A stretch of DNA of 64,000 nucleotides from Octopus bimaculoides (lineage: Eukaryota). Position 1 is the stretch's first letter, and every line of letters starts with the position of its first letter. A program made the translations under genes and the position numbers. The notes beneath the pieces are model-generated. The model saw only the letters and a list, made by a program, of their open reading frames with translations, had not been told where the DNA came from and searched no databases. This document shows, in pieces, positions 1 through 11,935 of this stretch. The DNA is taken from the NCBI RefSeq assembly GCF_001194135.2, contig NC_068989.1, positions 52,882,967-52,946,966 on the forward strand, read 5' to 3'.

Positions 1-435
1 ATCCGCTGTCCACAGCCAGCAGACTAAGGTAACACTTGTTTACTGGTCATGCTTCAAGAACCCTGTGAAGGATTCTTGCAGTTCCAAGCAATGCTGATTA
101 TTGTAGGTATTCTACCTTCACACTTGCACCGATCTTTTTCATCCATGTTGCACTTCCAAGTGCACCAATTACTATTGGTATCACATCTACTCTCTTCATT
201 GACCACAACCTTCGTATCTCCCACTTTAAATCGTCGTAGTTGTTTATTTTTTCTTCTTCTTTCACATTGATCCTGTTGTCATCGGGACATAATACGTTGA
301 TAACCATACATGTTCTTTCATTTGTATTCACTACAACAATGTCCGGTTTCTTATGTCTGGTCAGGTAATTTCAGGTAATCGCACTGGATCATTACATCCC
401 ACGGGATTTTGCCGTTCTCATTTTCGGTGACTCCT
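1..435 (-). mobile_element. R4/Dong-like RLE non-LTR retrotransposon, 5'-truncated 3' fragment (endonuclease C-terminus, start of 3' UTR running out of the window)
   Basis: Minus-strand translation gives GVTENENGKIPWDVMIQCD...KKPDIVVVNTNERTCMVINVLCPDDNRINVKEEEKINNYDDLKWEIRRLWSMKRVDVIPIVIGALGS...SALLGTARILHRVLEA*, with the PD-(D/E)xK-type RLE motifs. Frameshifted. Confidence 0.85.
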
Positions 436-469
436 TCTAAAAAAAAAGAGGAGTCACTGCAAATGTTTC

Positions 470-541
<72 letters not shown>

Positions 542-1405
542 GTTTGGTTTTTTCTTTGTATTTATACTAGTTGACTCCAAGACTCACCCAGAGACCTCAA
601 GTGACAACAAGTTAGAAGTTCAAGCTGGTGCTATGACTAAGGTGCCATATTTTTGTTTTTGTACTACTAAGTATTGTTCTAGAGAATGTCTGTGAAGACA
701 TAAGAAAATTAGAAGTTTGTTATTAACGTAATTTGATTATAAGATGATAATGTGATGTTAAGATGACAGTAAAATGTGTTTTTTTATTAATTACATTAAG
801 AAGTACTTTGATACTGTTTACAGATTAAAATGTTTTGGGGATTCCATAGACAATATTTTTCTTAGTTCCCATGAGCATTATTTTTTGAATTTCTTCCACT
901 TTGGGATTTTTTGGTATCTGGGATAGGTAGCAATCAGCCTCTTTTGCTATAATTCCGAAGGCACCTACAACAACAAGAATTGTTTTAGTCTTGAGGTGCC
1001 ATATTTCAATTTCAAGGTCTTTATACTTGCTCAGTTTTTTGGTAGGCCTTGATAGACACATTTATGTTGATTGAGACAGTTATATCGATGAGAAGGCATG
1101 ATATTTGTCTGAAAAACTTCAATATAAAGTCTGGCCTATTTGCATTTACCTTTCTGTCAGTTTGAACACTAAAGTTCCAAAGTGGTGAGATGTGATCATT
1201 CTCAAGTACTGGAGATGGTTTGTGTTCACACCAGTTTTTATCATGAGACAGGTCCAAATCTTCGCAAATTACCCAGTGAACATACTGTGCTGTTCTATCA
1301 TGCCTGTTGAGATATTCTGTAGACACAAGAAGGCTCATCATTATTTTGATTTTTCTACAATATGCCTGAAATTTTTTGCGGTTAGGAGTAAGTCGTTTGC
1401 ATCAA
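470..1405 (-). mobile_element. R4/Dong-like RLE LINE, 3' ~0.9 kb with 3' UTR and (TAA)n tail
   Basis: RHDRTAQYVHWVIC...WCEHKPSPVLENDHISPLWNFSVQTDRKVNANRPDFIL...LLIDITV and SKYKDLEIEIWHLKTKTILVVVGAFG...EIQKIMLMGT. About 290 nt of 3' UTR, then (TAA)n seen as (TTA)n on the + strand at 470-541. Confidence 0.88.
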
Positions 1406-1407
1406 AC

Positions 1408-1559
1408 CTAAGTACACAACTGGTAATTATTTTCTCCGCAGGGAAAGGATGAGAGGTTAAGATGTTGGCGACGGAATTTGAACTCACAACGTAAAGTCGG
1501 ACGAAATTCCGCTCAGCACTTTGTTCGGCATGCTAGCGATTCTGCCAGCAGACTGCCTT
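1408..1559 (-). mobile_element. tRNA-derived SINE, family A (5' part)
   Basis: Reverse complement matches the best copy at 58207-58440: A-box-like TGGCAGAATCG and B-box GAGTTCAAATTCC. Confidence 0.8.
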
Positions 1560-1560
1560 T

Positions 1561-1595
1561 GAATAATAATAATAATGGTAATAATAATAATAATG

Positions 1596-1669
<74 letters not shown>

Positions 1670-1795
1670 AAGAAGAAGAAGAAGAAGAAGAAGAAGAAGA
1701 AGAAGAAGAAGAAGAAGAAGAAGAAGAAGAAGAAGAAGAAGAAGAAGAAGAAGAAGAAGAAGAAGAAGAAGAAGAAGAAGAAGAAGAAGAAGAAG

Positions 1796-1864
<69 letters not shown>

Positions 1865-1880
1865 AATAATAATAATAATA
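1561..1880. repeat. Compound trinucleotide microsatellite (AAT)n-(AAG)n-(AAC)n-(AAT)n
   Basis: Directly visible. Source of the spurious poly-N/K/L/F/S/R ORFs. Confidence 0.98.
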
Positions 1881-4800
1881 CCTTTTAACATGTGAGAGCA
1901 ATAAAACACTGCTCCGAAATCTATCCAAAAACATCGGGAATAAAGACAACAAATGGAGCATGAAATAACTGACAAAATGTTGGGCTATATCCGAGTAATA
2001 TTCCTTAAAATATATTTCTATTTTCCGAATGAAACAAACAATGTATTTTAACTGTTTGTCATTTTCATCACTCGCACAACACGTGTAAACACGCTCACGA
2101 CACTACGATCCAATCAACACCAAACCTCCGTCCCTAACCACCATGCATAAAAATGTGAAAGATATATTAAATCATACCCGTATTATCCAACCCAAGGATA
2201 ACAAATGGGAAGTACGTACTTTAAACTTGTTACACAAAGAGTACGAAAAACTACACGTGCAAAACCATTTGACACCAGAAATGAACGGGCCGGTACCCTA
2301 CGAAAATGATGACCATCAAAATAAAGGGCCGGACGTTATTCCTCATGTCCCGCAAGTAAACTCAAAAAAGCATAAATGTACACGTGAGGAATATATTTCA
2401 ATCCTACAAGCTTATTTTACTGCAGTGCTCTACACTCAGAACGAAAACACAACAATATATACATATAAAATCTGAAAGAAAAATAACCTAGATAAAAATT
2501 TGGATACAGCAGTGTACCCTAATAAACTAACTAACAAACGAATATATATTCTCAAAATAAAACAAGAAACATATCAGAAATAGAAATAGAACACTTAAAA
2601 GGAAAAATTCACCAGGAAAATGTAGATAGTAACCACACAGTAATGCCAAATAATATCAAAAGCACTGGGACTGTAAAATACGAAGACAGACGTAACATGC
2701 TCAACAAAAACGATGTAAACAACGAAATACAACAAACCCAGAACGTAGGGATGTATGATGATGAGGAAAATGCACCAAACCAGAACTCCACAGTCAAAAA
2801 TATGAACGGGAGGAAATACGAAACAAATGTAAAACCTAGAAACAGCGAAGGTGACATTGATGATTATGATATCCTAAAAAGAAGCATAATCGAAGTACTG
2901 AAAGCCACAGATCTCCGTATAGGCCACCAATTGTACCTCTCAAAAATTAAAATTGATAATAAAACAACAGCAATAATAAATATCATGAACCTGACCGTCA
3001 CAGAACTATCAGCCACAGAAACAAATGTCAATATGACCAGGGTAAATGATATAATATATGCACTGTGGGCAGAAAAGAAGCTGTATACTCCCTCAAACCA
3101 ATCAAAACAGGAGTATCAACACCCAAGCAAACCCTGCGGATAGATAATATCCAGAAAAAAACAGAAAATAGGAGAAATGATCTGTCGATCCTTAACAAAA
3201 CTAGTAGACAATCAACACTTCTAAGCAACAAGAAGAGGACAAAAATACTACGTAAATACAAAGTTACAGAAGAAAGTATACCTGGGGTAGAAGAACAGCT
3301 AAAGCTAGATACCCTCGCCAAAGCACAAAGAAACCGCCGGTATGAGAAACGCCAACGTTTCATTAAACAAAACAAGCAGTTCAATTCCCACCACAAAAGA
3401 TTTTATCAAGTACTTGACAAAAATAAAATAGAAATCAATGCAGCACCAACAGCAGAAGAAGTGGAACAATTTAGGAAAGGAATATAGTCGGCGAAGGAAC
3501 AACTTCAGAAAATGTCTATCAAAACAACGAATACAGCACCTGAACAACTCTGGACCCCTATAACAAGTCTGAAGAGGTCACCCAGGCACTTCAAAAACTA
3601 AGCAACTGGAAAGCACCTAGGCACAATAAGATCCCCAACTTCTGCTTAAAATACCTAACCGGAACACATAAAAAGCTGGCTGAGAAATTTAATGAGATAA
3701 TAGCAGAGACAGAGACAATGCCTGAATGGCTTACGGAAGGGAAAACTACCCTAATTCCCAAATCCACTGAAACGGCAAACCCACAAAATTACAGACCAAT
3801 AACTTGTCTTCCTACAATTTACAAAGCCTTTACTGTAATAATATCGCTGAGAATGAGCAAGCATTTAAAAGAACCTGTCTCCAGAAGAGCGGAAGGGATG
3901 CTGCAAAGACACATACGGCTGTAAAGATCAGCTACTGATCAATAAAGCTATGAAGACAGCCGCAGAAAGAAAAAGAGATCTAAATATGGCCTGGATCGAT
4001 TACCGAAAGGCCTTTAATAGTATTCCCCACACATGGATCCTAGAAACACTAGACATGAACAAGGTAGCACCAATAATCATAAAATATATAAACATTCCAT
4101 GACTAAATGGCAGACAGTGCTACAGGTTCAGACAAAAGAGGGACTCATAAAAACCAAAGCTATCCCTATTAGAAAAGGAATACTCCAGGGAGACACTCCT
4201 TTTCTGCTTGGCACTGACTCCTTTATCTGACATGCTAAGCAGAACTGGATATGGATACAACTATTACGGCAAAACAATCAGCCGCCTCTTATATATGGAT
4301 TATCTAAAACTGTAAGTTACAAATTATAAACAGTTGGAAACATTACTGCAGACAGTACATGGGTTTACTAAAGAAATAAACATGAAATTTGGTTTAGAAA
4401 ACTGTGTCAAAGCAACCTTGAAAAAGAGGAAAACTAGTTAAGAGTAGAAAAACCATACTAGACAAAGCAAATGAAATAAGAGAATTAGACCAAAGCCAGA
4501 TATACAAATACTTAAGAATCAATGAACTAGATACGATACAACACGCACAAATGAAAGAGAAGATAAGAAAAGAATACAATAGACGAGTTAGATTATTATA
4601 AAAAGAGAGAGCTCAATGCGAAAACAAAAGCAAGATAATAGGTATCAACATTCTAGCCAGTAATAAGTTATAGCCACAATATTCTTAACTAGACTCTAAA
4701 TGAACTAATCAAAATAGACAGGAAAACAAGAAAAATAATGACAGGATTTAGGATGCACCACCCAAAATCTGACATAGGAATGTTATATATACAACGTATA

Positions 4801-5952
4801 GAAGGTGGTAGAAGCTTTATACAGCTAGAAAACTATTACAAAATAACCACCATAGGACTACAGAAATACCTACATCAGAAGCAAGGAAAACTAGTGCAAA
4901 TAGCCACAAAACAAGAACAAAACAAAAAGCTGTTTCCAGTTTTTAAAGAAGCTGACAAATACGAAAAAGAAGTCATAGCACCTAACAACTATGAAGAAAA
5001 AGAAGAAACAAAAAAATAGCTGTAAAACAACTGAAATCCAAACTAAAACTGAAACGGCAATGGATCACGATAAAACGATAGCAAGAAAAGCCACTTGATG
5101 GCAAATACTGGATTAAACTAAACCAAAAACACGTAGACAAAGCAAAATCCCAGCAATGGCAGAGTAGCTCAAAACTCAAAGCAGAGACTAAAGGATTCTT
5201 AATTACAGCACAAGACCAAAGCCTTCCCACCAGAAATTACAAAAAACATGTAATGAAAAGAAATGCAACAACTGCAGAATATATGTGATGGTGAAGAAAC
5301 AATAAATCATATTGTCTCTGGCTGCCCAGTCCTAGCTAGGAAGGAATATATTCACAGACATGACAGAGTTGGGACTTATATACACTGGAAGCTGTGCCAA
5401 CACTATGGAATAAGACCAGACAAAAGATTGTATAGACCCACGCCAGAAAAGGTCACTGAAAATGAGAAAGCAACCATACTCTGGTATATTTTCAATACAC
5501 ACAGATAGAGAAATTAAGGCCAATAGGCCAGATATAGTTGTCAAAGATCATGAAGAAAATAATGCTTTCTAATTGATGTATCAATACCAACAAATAACAA
5601 TGTTTCTTTAAAAGAAACGGAGAAATTTTCAGAATACATAAACTGGAAATAGAAGTAACTTGAATGTGGAGTCTAAAACAGAGAGAATTCCTATCATAGT
5701 AGGCACATTAGGTACGATAAAATGATATTCAGACATATACATAACTAAAACGCCAGGACTAACAAGTATATATAACAAACAAAAAATAGCGCTACTCGGC
5801 ACTACATACATCCTACATAAAACGCTTTCAATACAGTAAAAACGAGAGCATCACAACAAACCGCAGCACATATCCAAGGCACACCGAGCTGCGCTCAGTA
5901 GTACAGTGAAAGCACTTACTACAAATAAGACTACTGAATAATAATAATAATG

Positions 5953-6017
<65 letters not shown>
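1881..6017 (+). mobile_element. Near full-length, decayed R4/Dong-like RLE LINE flanked by (TAA)n
   Basis: One broken ORF at ~2143-5839. N-terminal KKHKCTREEYISILQAYF (Myb-like WTREE motif). RT: WKAPRHNKIPN, EGKTTLIPKS...NYRPITCLPTIYK, WIDYRKAFNSIPH, RKGILQGD, LYMDYLKL. CCHC knuckle (C..ETINHIVSGCP), RHDRVG, RPDIVV RLE. A ~100 nt 3' UTR is followed by (ATA)n from 5937 into a gap. Many stops and frameshifts. Confidence 0.93.
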
Positions 6018-6176
6018 NNNNNNNNNNNNNNNNNNNNNNNNNNNNNNNNNNNNNNNNNNNNNNNNNNNNNNNNNNNNNNNNNNNNNNNNNNNNNNNNNNN
6101 NNNNNNNNNNNNNNNNNNNNNNNNNNNNNNNNNNNNNNNNNNNNNNNNNNNNNNNNNNNNTTTTTTTTTTTTTTTT

Positions 6177-6652
6177 GTTCTGACGTAAAAGATGGGCTAC
6201 AGCAAATATTCTGCTCAATACGACAAATTTTCTTGTCAGTTGCTTGGCTTTAACTAGTGGAGCATGTCCCTTAGTGGCTGATGATATGTGCATCTCTGAT
6301 CATAAGCAGGAGTAGTGGGATAGCATCATAGCTATTTCCAGAGGGGTATTCCTTCAGGTTTGAATAATTCACCCCTTGAAACATGAGTATTTCGTCCATC
6401 ATCCTTAAACGACCCTTATTCAAAGATCTTTTGAGTGGGATAGGCTGCTCGACCCGAAGGAAATCTTAACTGAGCCCTTCCTTCCTGTTTATTTTGATAT
6501 GAGATCACATGTCGCACACATGTGGTTGTGGTGTATGTGCCTGGTATACCTTTAACAGATGGTTAGTCATGCTGGATATATTGGGTTTCATATATATGTA
6601 TCCCGGCGTCATTTGATGGAATGTACTGCTCTCTCACTCAATAGTAATAATA
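6177..6652. repeat. Unclassified ~0.5 kb interspersed repeat, copy 1
   Basis: Collinear similarity with 17593-18140 (e.g. GAGCATGTCCCTTAGTGGCTG, ATATGTGCATCTCTGATCA, TTGATATGAGATCAC). Right end runs into AATAGTAATAATAAT. Confidence 0.8.
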
Positions 6653-6654
6653 AT

Positions 6655-6775
6655 GGTTTCAAATCTTGACACATGACCAGCAGCTTTTTTAGGGAGGGGT
6701 AGGTCGATTACACCTACACCAATACTTGAGTTGTACTTATGTTATCGATCTTGTAAGGATGAAGGCAAAGTCGTT
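6655..6775 (-). mobile_element. SINE family A, 3' part
   Basis: Reverse complement reads CGACTTTGCCTTCATCCTTACAAGATCGATAAC...AAGATTTGAAACC-ATTATT, matching the family A body and 3' end. Confidence 0.65.
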
Positions 6776-7299
6776 GCAAAGGTACATATGACTCCATGGA
6801 TCAATTACTAATCAACAAAGTATTTGAAAGCAATAGAAGGAAAAAAGAAGGCTCTGAACATGGTTTGAACTGATTACTAGAACGCTCTTAGCATTGTTCC
6901 TCGTGCGTGGTCCTGGTTATACTAACTATGAGAAATTGGCACCAGTAATAAGTAAATATCATAAATATATCATGAGCAAATAACGAATGTTTGTGCAGAT
7001 GCTGATAAAAGCAGGAATTGTAAAAGCTAACGTCTTTTCCATTAGAAGATAAATATTCCAAACTTTCTCTGTTTGTCTCTCTCTCTTTGTCTGTCTCTCT
7101 CTCTCTCCCCTGTCTCTCTCTCTCTCTCTCTTCCTCTCTCTTTCTCTTCTCCTCTCTCTCCCTCTCTCTCTCTATTTATCCATGCCTGTCTATCTATTTA
7201 TCTATCTCTCACTTACCAACTGAACTGATGCAAATACTATGAGAGGACAATCGACCACCGTTTGTATATGGATCACCACATGCACATTACAGACGAAAA

Positions 7300-8177
7300 A
7301 TGATTGGAACCACTATCAGAGACATTAGGCAGATTCACAAGAGAAATTTATATGAGATATGAGTTTCGCATCAGTAATATGCAACAAACAAACTTGAGAA
7401 GAGGAAAATTAAGAACACTGGCCAAACACAGACTTACAAGTACACAGAAACTAATGGACTAGACAAAGTACAACACATAACAAATGAAAAGCGATGTTAC
7501 GGTATAAAAGAATGTTATAGCCGCGTTAGATTCATTGTGAAAGAAAAACAAAGTTAAATGGAAAAAGTAACATAATATACATCAATAATATTCTCACAGT
7601 CCCATTAATAAGTTATAGTTATATTCTTAACTGGATGTTAAATATATTAGTAATACTATGCTGAAAAATGAGTAAAATAATGGCTGCGTGTAGAATATAC
7701 CACGCCGAAATATGACGCAGAAAAATTATATTTACAACAAATACAGCGAGGTACGCAACTAGAAAAAATTATTATGAAATATCCATTGAAGAAGTGCAAA
7801 AATATCTAGTAAATAAAGGATTACTAGTATATGTAGCTACAAAACATGAACAAAACCAAATATTCCTCTGTCTTGAGGGAAACGAACAAATATAAAACAG
7901 TCGATGATATAACAGACAGCTGTGAGGCGAAAGGAGAAACTGCACCAGAAATTATGAAACGGCTACAATCTAAAATTAAAATGTGACTATAAAATGTCAT
8001 GATAAAGCTTTTGTAAACAGCCTTCGTTTTGTTAATGGCTAAAAATCTGAGCAGAGTGGAATTAGACGAGAAAAATTTCCAACGTAGAATGTGAGGCACG
8101 GTAACCAAAGCTGAACTGAAAGTTTCTTGACTGTGACACAGGATTAAATCTTTGGTACTAGAAACCAAAAGCATGAA
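7300..8177 (+). mobile_element. Old, diverged internal fragment (RT thumb region) of an R4/Dong-like LINE
   Basis: Translates collinearly with ~4400-5250 of the long copy: QTYKYTETNGLDKVQH...KECYSRVR, KIMAACRIYH...KNYYEISIEEVQKYL, LVYVATKHEQN, KAELK..FLTVTQD..TRNQKH. Confidence 0.65.
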
Positions 8178-8209
8178 ATGAGGCGGACTACAGTAACTTT
8201 GGATTGTGT

Positions 8210-8323
8210 AGCCGGAAAGGAAAAGTCGGCCTCGGCGGAATTTGAACTAAGGACGTAAAGACGGATGAAATGCTACAAACGATTTTGCCCGGTGAGCTAA
8301 CGATTCTGCCAGATCACTGCCTT
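8210..8323 (-). mobile_element. SINE family A, 5' part
   Basis: AAAGTCGGCCTCGGCGGAATTTGAAC...GCTAACGATTCTGCCAG, the reverse complement of the family A head. Confidence 0.8.
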
Positions 8324-9862
8324 ACTACACACATATATTAACCTTTATAACCTAAAGTAATTTGAATACTAATAAAGAAAGAAAACAAAAAACTGCACCT
8401 TCTATATTATGAGACTACAAAAAGGAATATTAACGATTTATTTGCCGGAAGGACAACGAGTAATGAACACATTACACGAACAAATACAAAAACGACAGCG
8501 GGTTCTCGCAAAGTCAGTTATGTGAAAAAATAGGCACGAGAAACAAAGGTATAGAAAAGGCTTGAACTGAGACGTTTTAATGAGGGACAGATACGAACAA
8601 GGAACATTACAGATGCCTGACTACCAGGGTTCAATACTCTTCCTCACCTGTATTCTCTAATCACCTTTCCTTTCTGAAAGTCATTCCTTTGAAATTTCAC
8701 GCAAGCATTATCCCACGTACATTAGCTATCACAAGAGACCCTCGGCATGGTTGTCAACAACCGTCTAATCATTTTGAAAGTACTCGTATCCTTTCTTCTC
8801 CTCAAGTAACATTGCATTTTTCCGTCTTTTACATTCCATATCAATTCCATTAGTTCTCGTTTACCGTTTTGGATGAACCTGCTTGGTGAACTTTCACTAT
8901 TATTACTTACTTTCTTTTCGATTGACTTCCTTCATTTCTTTGTGGTTAATTTCTTTACTATTCCCAGTGGTTTTTCATTCTTATCTTTTTATCCAGGATC
9001 CATCTCCTCTCTATCCTTGCAAGTCGACCGGGTAAAATAGCTGCTTTAATTATCTGGCTCTCTATATGCTGGAGGGTTTTTATCAGTATCCCAGCTGCCT
9101 ACAGTGTTGACGATGGGCGATTCTAACAGTCTATGTATCCTGTTTCGGAATATCTTGCAAGTTGCAACTGGTAGTGTGAAGAAAGTATTGAAAGCAGTAA
9201 AAGCAGCAGCAGTGTTCTTGGTCTTCATTCCAGTGGCCAGTTGTTGTCACTGCCTTGCTAACCTCTCCTTTTAACGTTCTTTTCAGAGAAACTATGCATA
9301 GCAACTGAACCTTCTGCTCTGCACCACAAGTTTGATACATCGTCTCTCCGCTCCTATAACCAAACATTATAACAGTAACTAAAATTTGAACCCAGATTTT
9401 AAAGTGTTGCGATTAGTAACTTTCAAAATATTTGCTTCAGTGTCTCGGTGTTATGAAATTAGATCATTTCGACGAATGCATTTTATTTGATATGTCCATA
9501 ATTGATTCAAATACCATTAAATCATTGGAGTTGATTTATCTGATGGTAATGGCACCTTCAGAACAATACATAAGTGATTGTGTTTGTTGTTTATTTTTAT
9601 TTGCTTGTTTTTTATTCACCGTTTAAAATTGATCATTAATCTCATGTAGTATTACACTGTCTAAGACTGAAACAATTCTCTTCAGGAGTCTCCGTCGTTT
9701 ATACAAGCGCCATCTACATCAGTATTCTCTTGCATGCATGCATGTATGTATGTATGTATGTATGTATGCATGTATGTATGTATGTGTGTGTGTATCTATG
9801 TACGTATGAATGTATGTATGTTTGTTTGTATGTATGTTTGTTTGTATGTATGTATGTATGTA

Positions 9863-10214
9863 CAACAGCGGGGTTTTGTTTCGCTCTTTTATAACAGAAA
9901 AAATAAATCAGTATTCAATGCATAACTCCAAGAAAAATGTGTCTTGTAGGTATGTTCTTTTTTTCTATGACAGCAGCTAAAAAGAAACTGAGCTGTTGTT
10001 TTCGTTGTATTCTTTGGTTATATTGTTGAGGTTGTCGTATCCAGCCATGTTGCTTGAGTAACTCTTTGCATGGAAAACTGAAGTTTCAGTCGAACATTTA
10101 CCAGTCATTTAACAGGGCTGATAGTTGTGGCTTCAAAATTGGAGATAGCATTCATCGCATTTTTGATGAATAGTCTCCCATCCCACGCTAAATTACTGCC
10201 TTGTCGTTTCGTGT
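9863..10214 (-). mobile_element. 5'-end-only copy of the (CATA)n-flanked R4-like LINE
   Basis: Reverse complement aligns with 51881-52282 (ACACGAAACGACAAG vs ACTCGAAGCGACAAG; ATGAATGCTATCTCCAATTTTGAAGCCACAACTATCAGCC; TTGGAGTTATGCATTGAATACTGA). (TATG)n lies on both sides on the + strand (9745-9862 and 10215-10262). Confidence 0.85.
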
Positions 10215-10223
10215 GTATGTATG

Positions 10224-10257
<34 letters not shown>

Positions 10258-10262
10258 TGTGT

Positions 10263-10885
10263 CTGGTCCCAGCATGGCATCACAAAGCAAACAAAAACTG
10301 CTGTGTACCGTGCATTTGTACTAACATCGCTCCTTTACTCCTGTGAGACATAGACCCTTTTCAAACGTCATGTAAGGGTCCTTGAGCGCTTTCACCAGAA
10401 ATATCTCACACACATTCCGAATGTTGGCTTGACCTTAAAAGCTCCAGACACACAGGTCCTGAGGGCACCTGATATCTTGAGTATTGAGGCGATAATGCAC
10501 AAGCATCGGTTACGTTGGACTGGACACCTTATTAGAATGAAGGATAGCAGGATCACTAAGCAGATGCTATGTGGGGAACTTGTGAGTAGAAAGAGACCCC
10601 GACAGAAACTAAGGCTGCGATTTAAGGACTGGGTCAAGTCCTCATTAAACGCTTTTATAAGCAGGAGACAGACTGGGAGAGTAATACCTGTCATCGCCAC
10701 AGATGGAAGAAGCATGTTATGGAGGGGGTCGACACTTGAGACAAAACGCATTCTGCATAAAGAACTTAAGATTGCTGCGCGAAAGCGCACTACTGGTGTA
10801 GTGAATGAGGAAAGCTTGGTTTGCAAGGTTTGTAGTCGTGTATGCTTGTTAAGAGCAGAGCTTATCAGCCACCAACGGAAAGTTT
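10263..10885 (+). mobile_element. RTE-clade LINE, 3' fragment
   Basis: VWSQHGITKQTKTAVYRAFVLTSLLYSCET...LERFHQKYL...HRLRWTGHLIRMKDSRITKQMLCGEL...RPRQKLRLRFKD, with a C-terminal C2H2-like CKVCSRVC...ISHQRK. Confidence 0.88.
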
Positions 10886-11129
10886 TACTCATCTTCTCTA
10901 TGCTGCTAATAGATTAGATTTGGAGAATTCGCGTCAGTTTATTTTGCTCTTTCTTCGAAAAAACTAATATTTCTAGGTTACTGTGTAAATTTGTAAGTAC
11001 ATAGTCGAATCCACCTATGATGGTAGGTTATAGACAAATAATGATTGATTTAATAATAACTGATTTAAAACGGAAACAGTGACCTTAATCAGTGCTGCTT
11101 AAGAGCATGCATTAAGAACTAATTAATTC

Positions 11130-11935
11130 AAATACAGAATAGACCACACAGTAGAAAATGAGAGTTGCAGACTTTTGTGGAGGGAATAGAGTAACTGTAT
11201 GGCATATTACCACAAGCTCAGAAAGAATACAAGAGGCAGCATGACAACATAGCAAGGATAGTACATTTGGGCACTTTGCAACAAGTATGGACTTGACAGA
11301 GCAGAATAGTGTTACGAATATAAACCGAAAGGCATTATCGAAAATGATAAGGTAATGATCTTGTGAGACTTTATTATTCATTGAGACCATGAGATAGAGA
11401 ATAGGAAACCAGATATAGGGACAATTGAGAAAGAAAGAAAGAAAGAAAGAAAAGAAGAAAGAAAGAAAGGAAGAAAGAAAGAAAGAAAGAAACAAACAAA
11501 CAAACAAACAAACAAACAAAGAATGAAAGAAAGAAAGAAAGAAAGATATGCTGGATCATAGATGCAGCATATCCAGCATATGCGATAAAGAAGAAAAAAT
11601 GTCCATAGATATGACAGTTGTGGTCGCTGAAAAGGTGGTAGTATTGCTAATAATTGTTGGAGCCTTAGGAACTGTAAGTAAAGATCTTGAGAAGTACATT
11701 CAGCAAATAGGGATTGCTATAAGGGTGGGACACTTGCAGAAAACAACATTGCTTGGAACAGCTTGAATACGCCGGAGAGTGCTTGATAAAAACGAAAAAG
11801 GAATGCTATTTTAGTTTACTGATAGTGAACGGCTGACTCCGTAATACATCTCCAACATTAGAAGCTGAATAAAGAATGCAATAATAACAATAATAATAAT
11901 AATATATAATAAGATAATAATGATAACAGTAGCAA
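11130..11935 (+). mobile_element. R4/Dong-like LINE 3' fragment with 3' UTR and (AAT)n tail; microsatellite expanded inside its RLE domain
   Basis: TVENESCRL..., EYKRQHDNIARIVH, YEYKPKGIIENDKVMIL, RKPDIGTIEK-[GAAA/AAAC array 11427-11545]-ICWIIDAAYP, IIVGALGTVSKDLEKYIQQIGI...LQKTTLLGTA. AATAATAAC tail from ~11880. Confidence 0.85.

Noticed and set aside
1478-1975. Long ORFs of poly-N/K/L/F/S/R, and similar ORFs across (TG)n, (TA)n, (CATA)n arrays and N-gaps throughout the window
   Set aside because: These are translations of microsatellites or unknown bases, not genes.
9000-9370. Possibly a very old retroelement C-terminus on the minus strand
   Set aside because: No diagnostic motif could be read in any frame.
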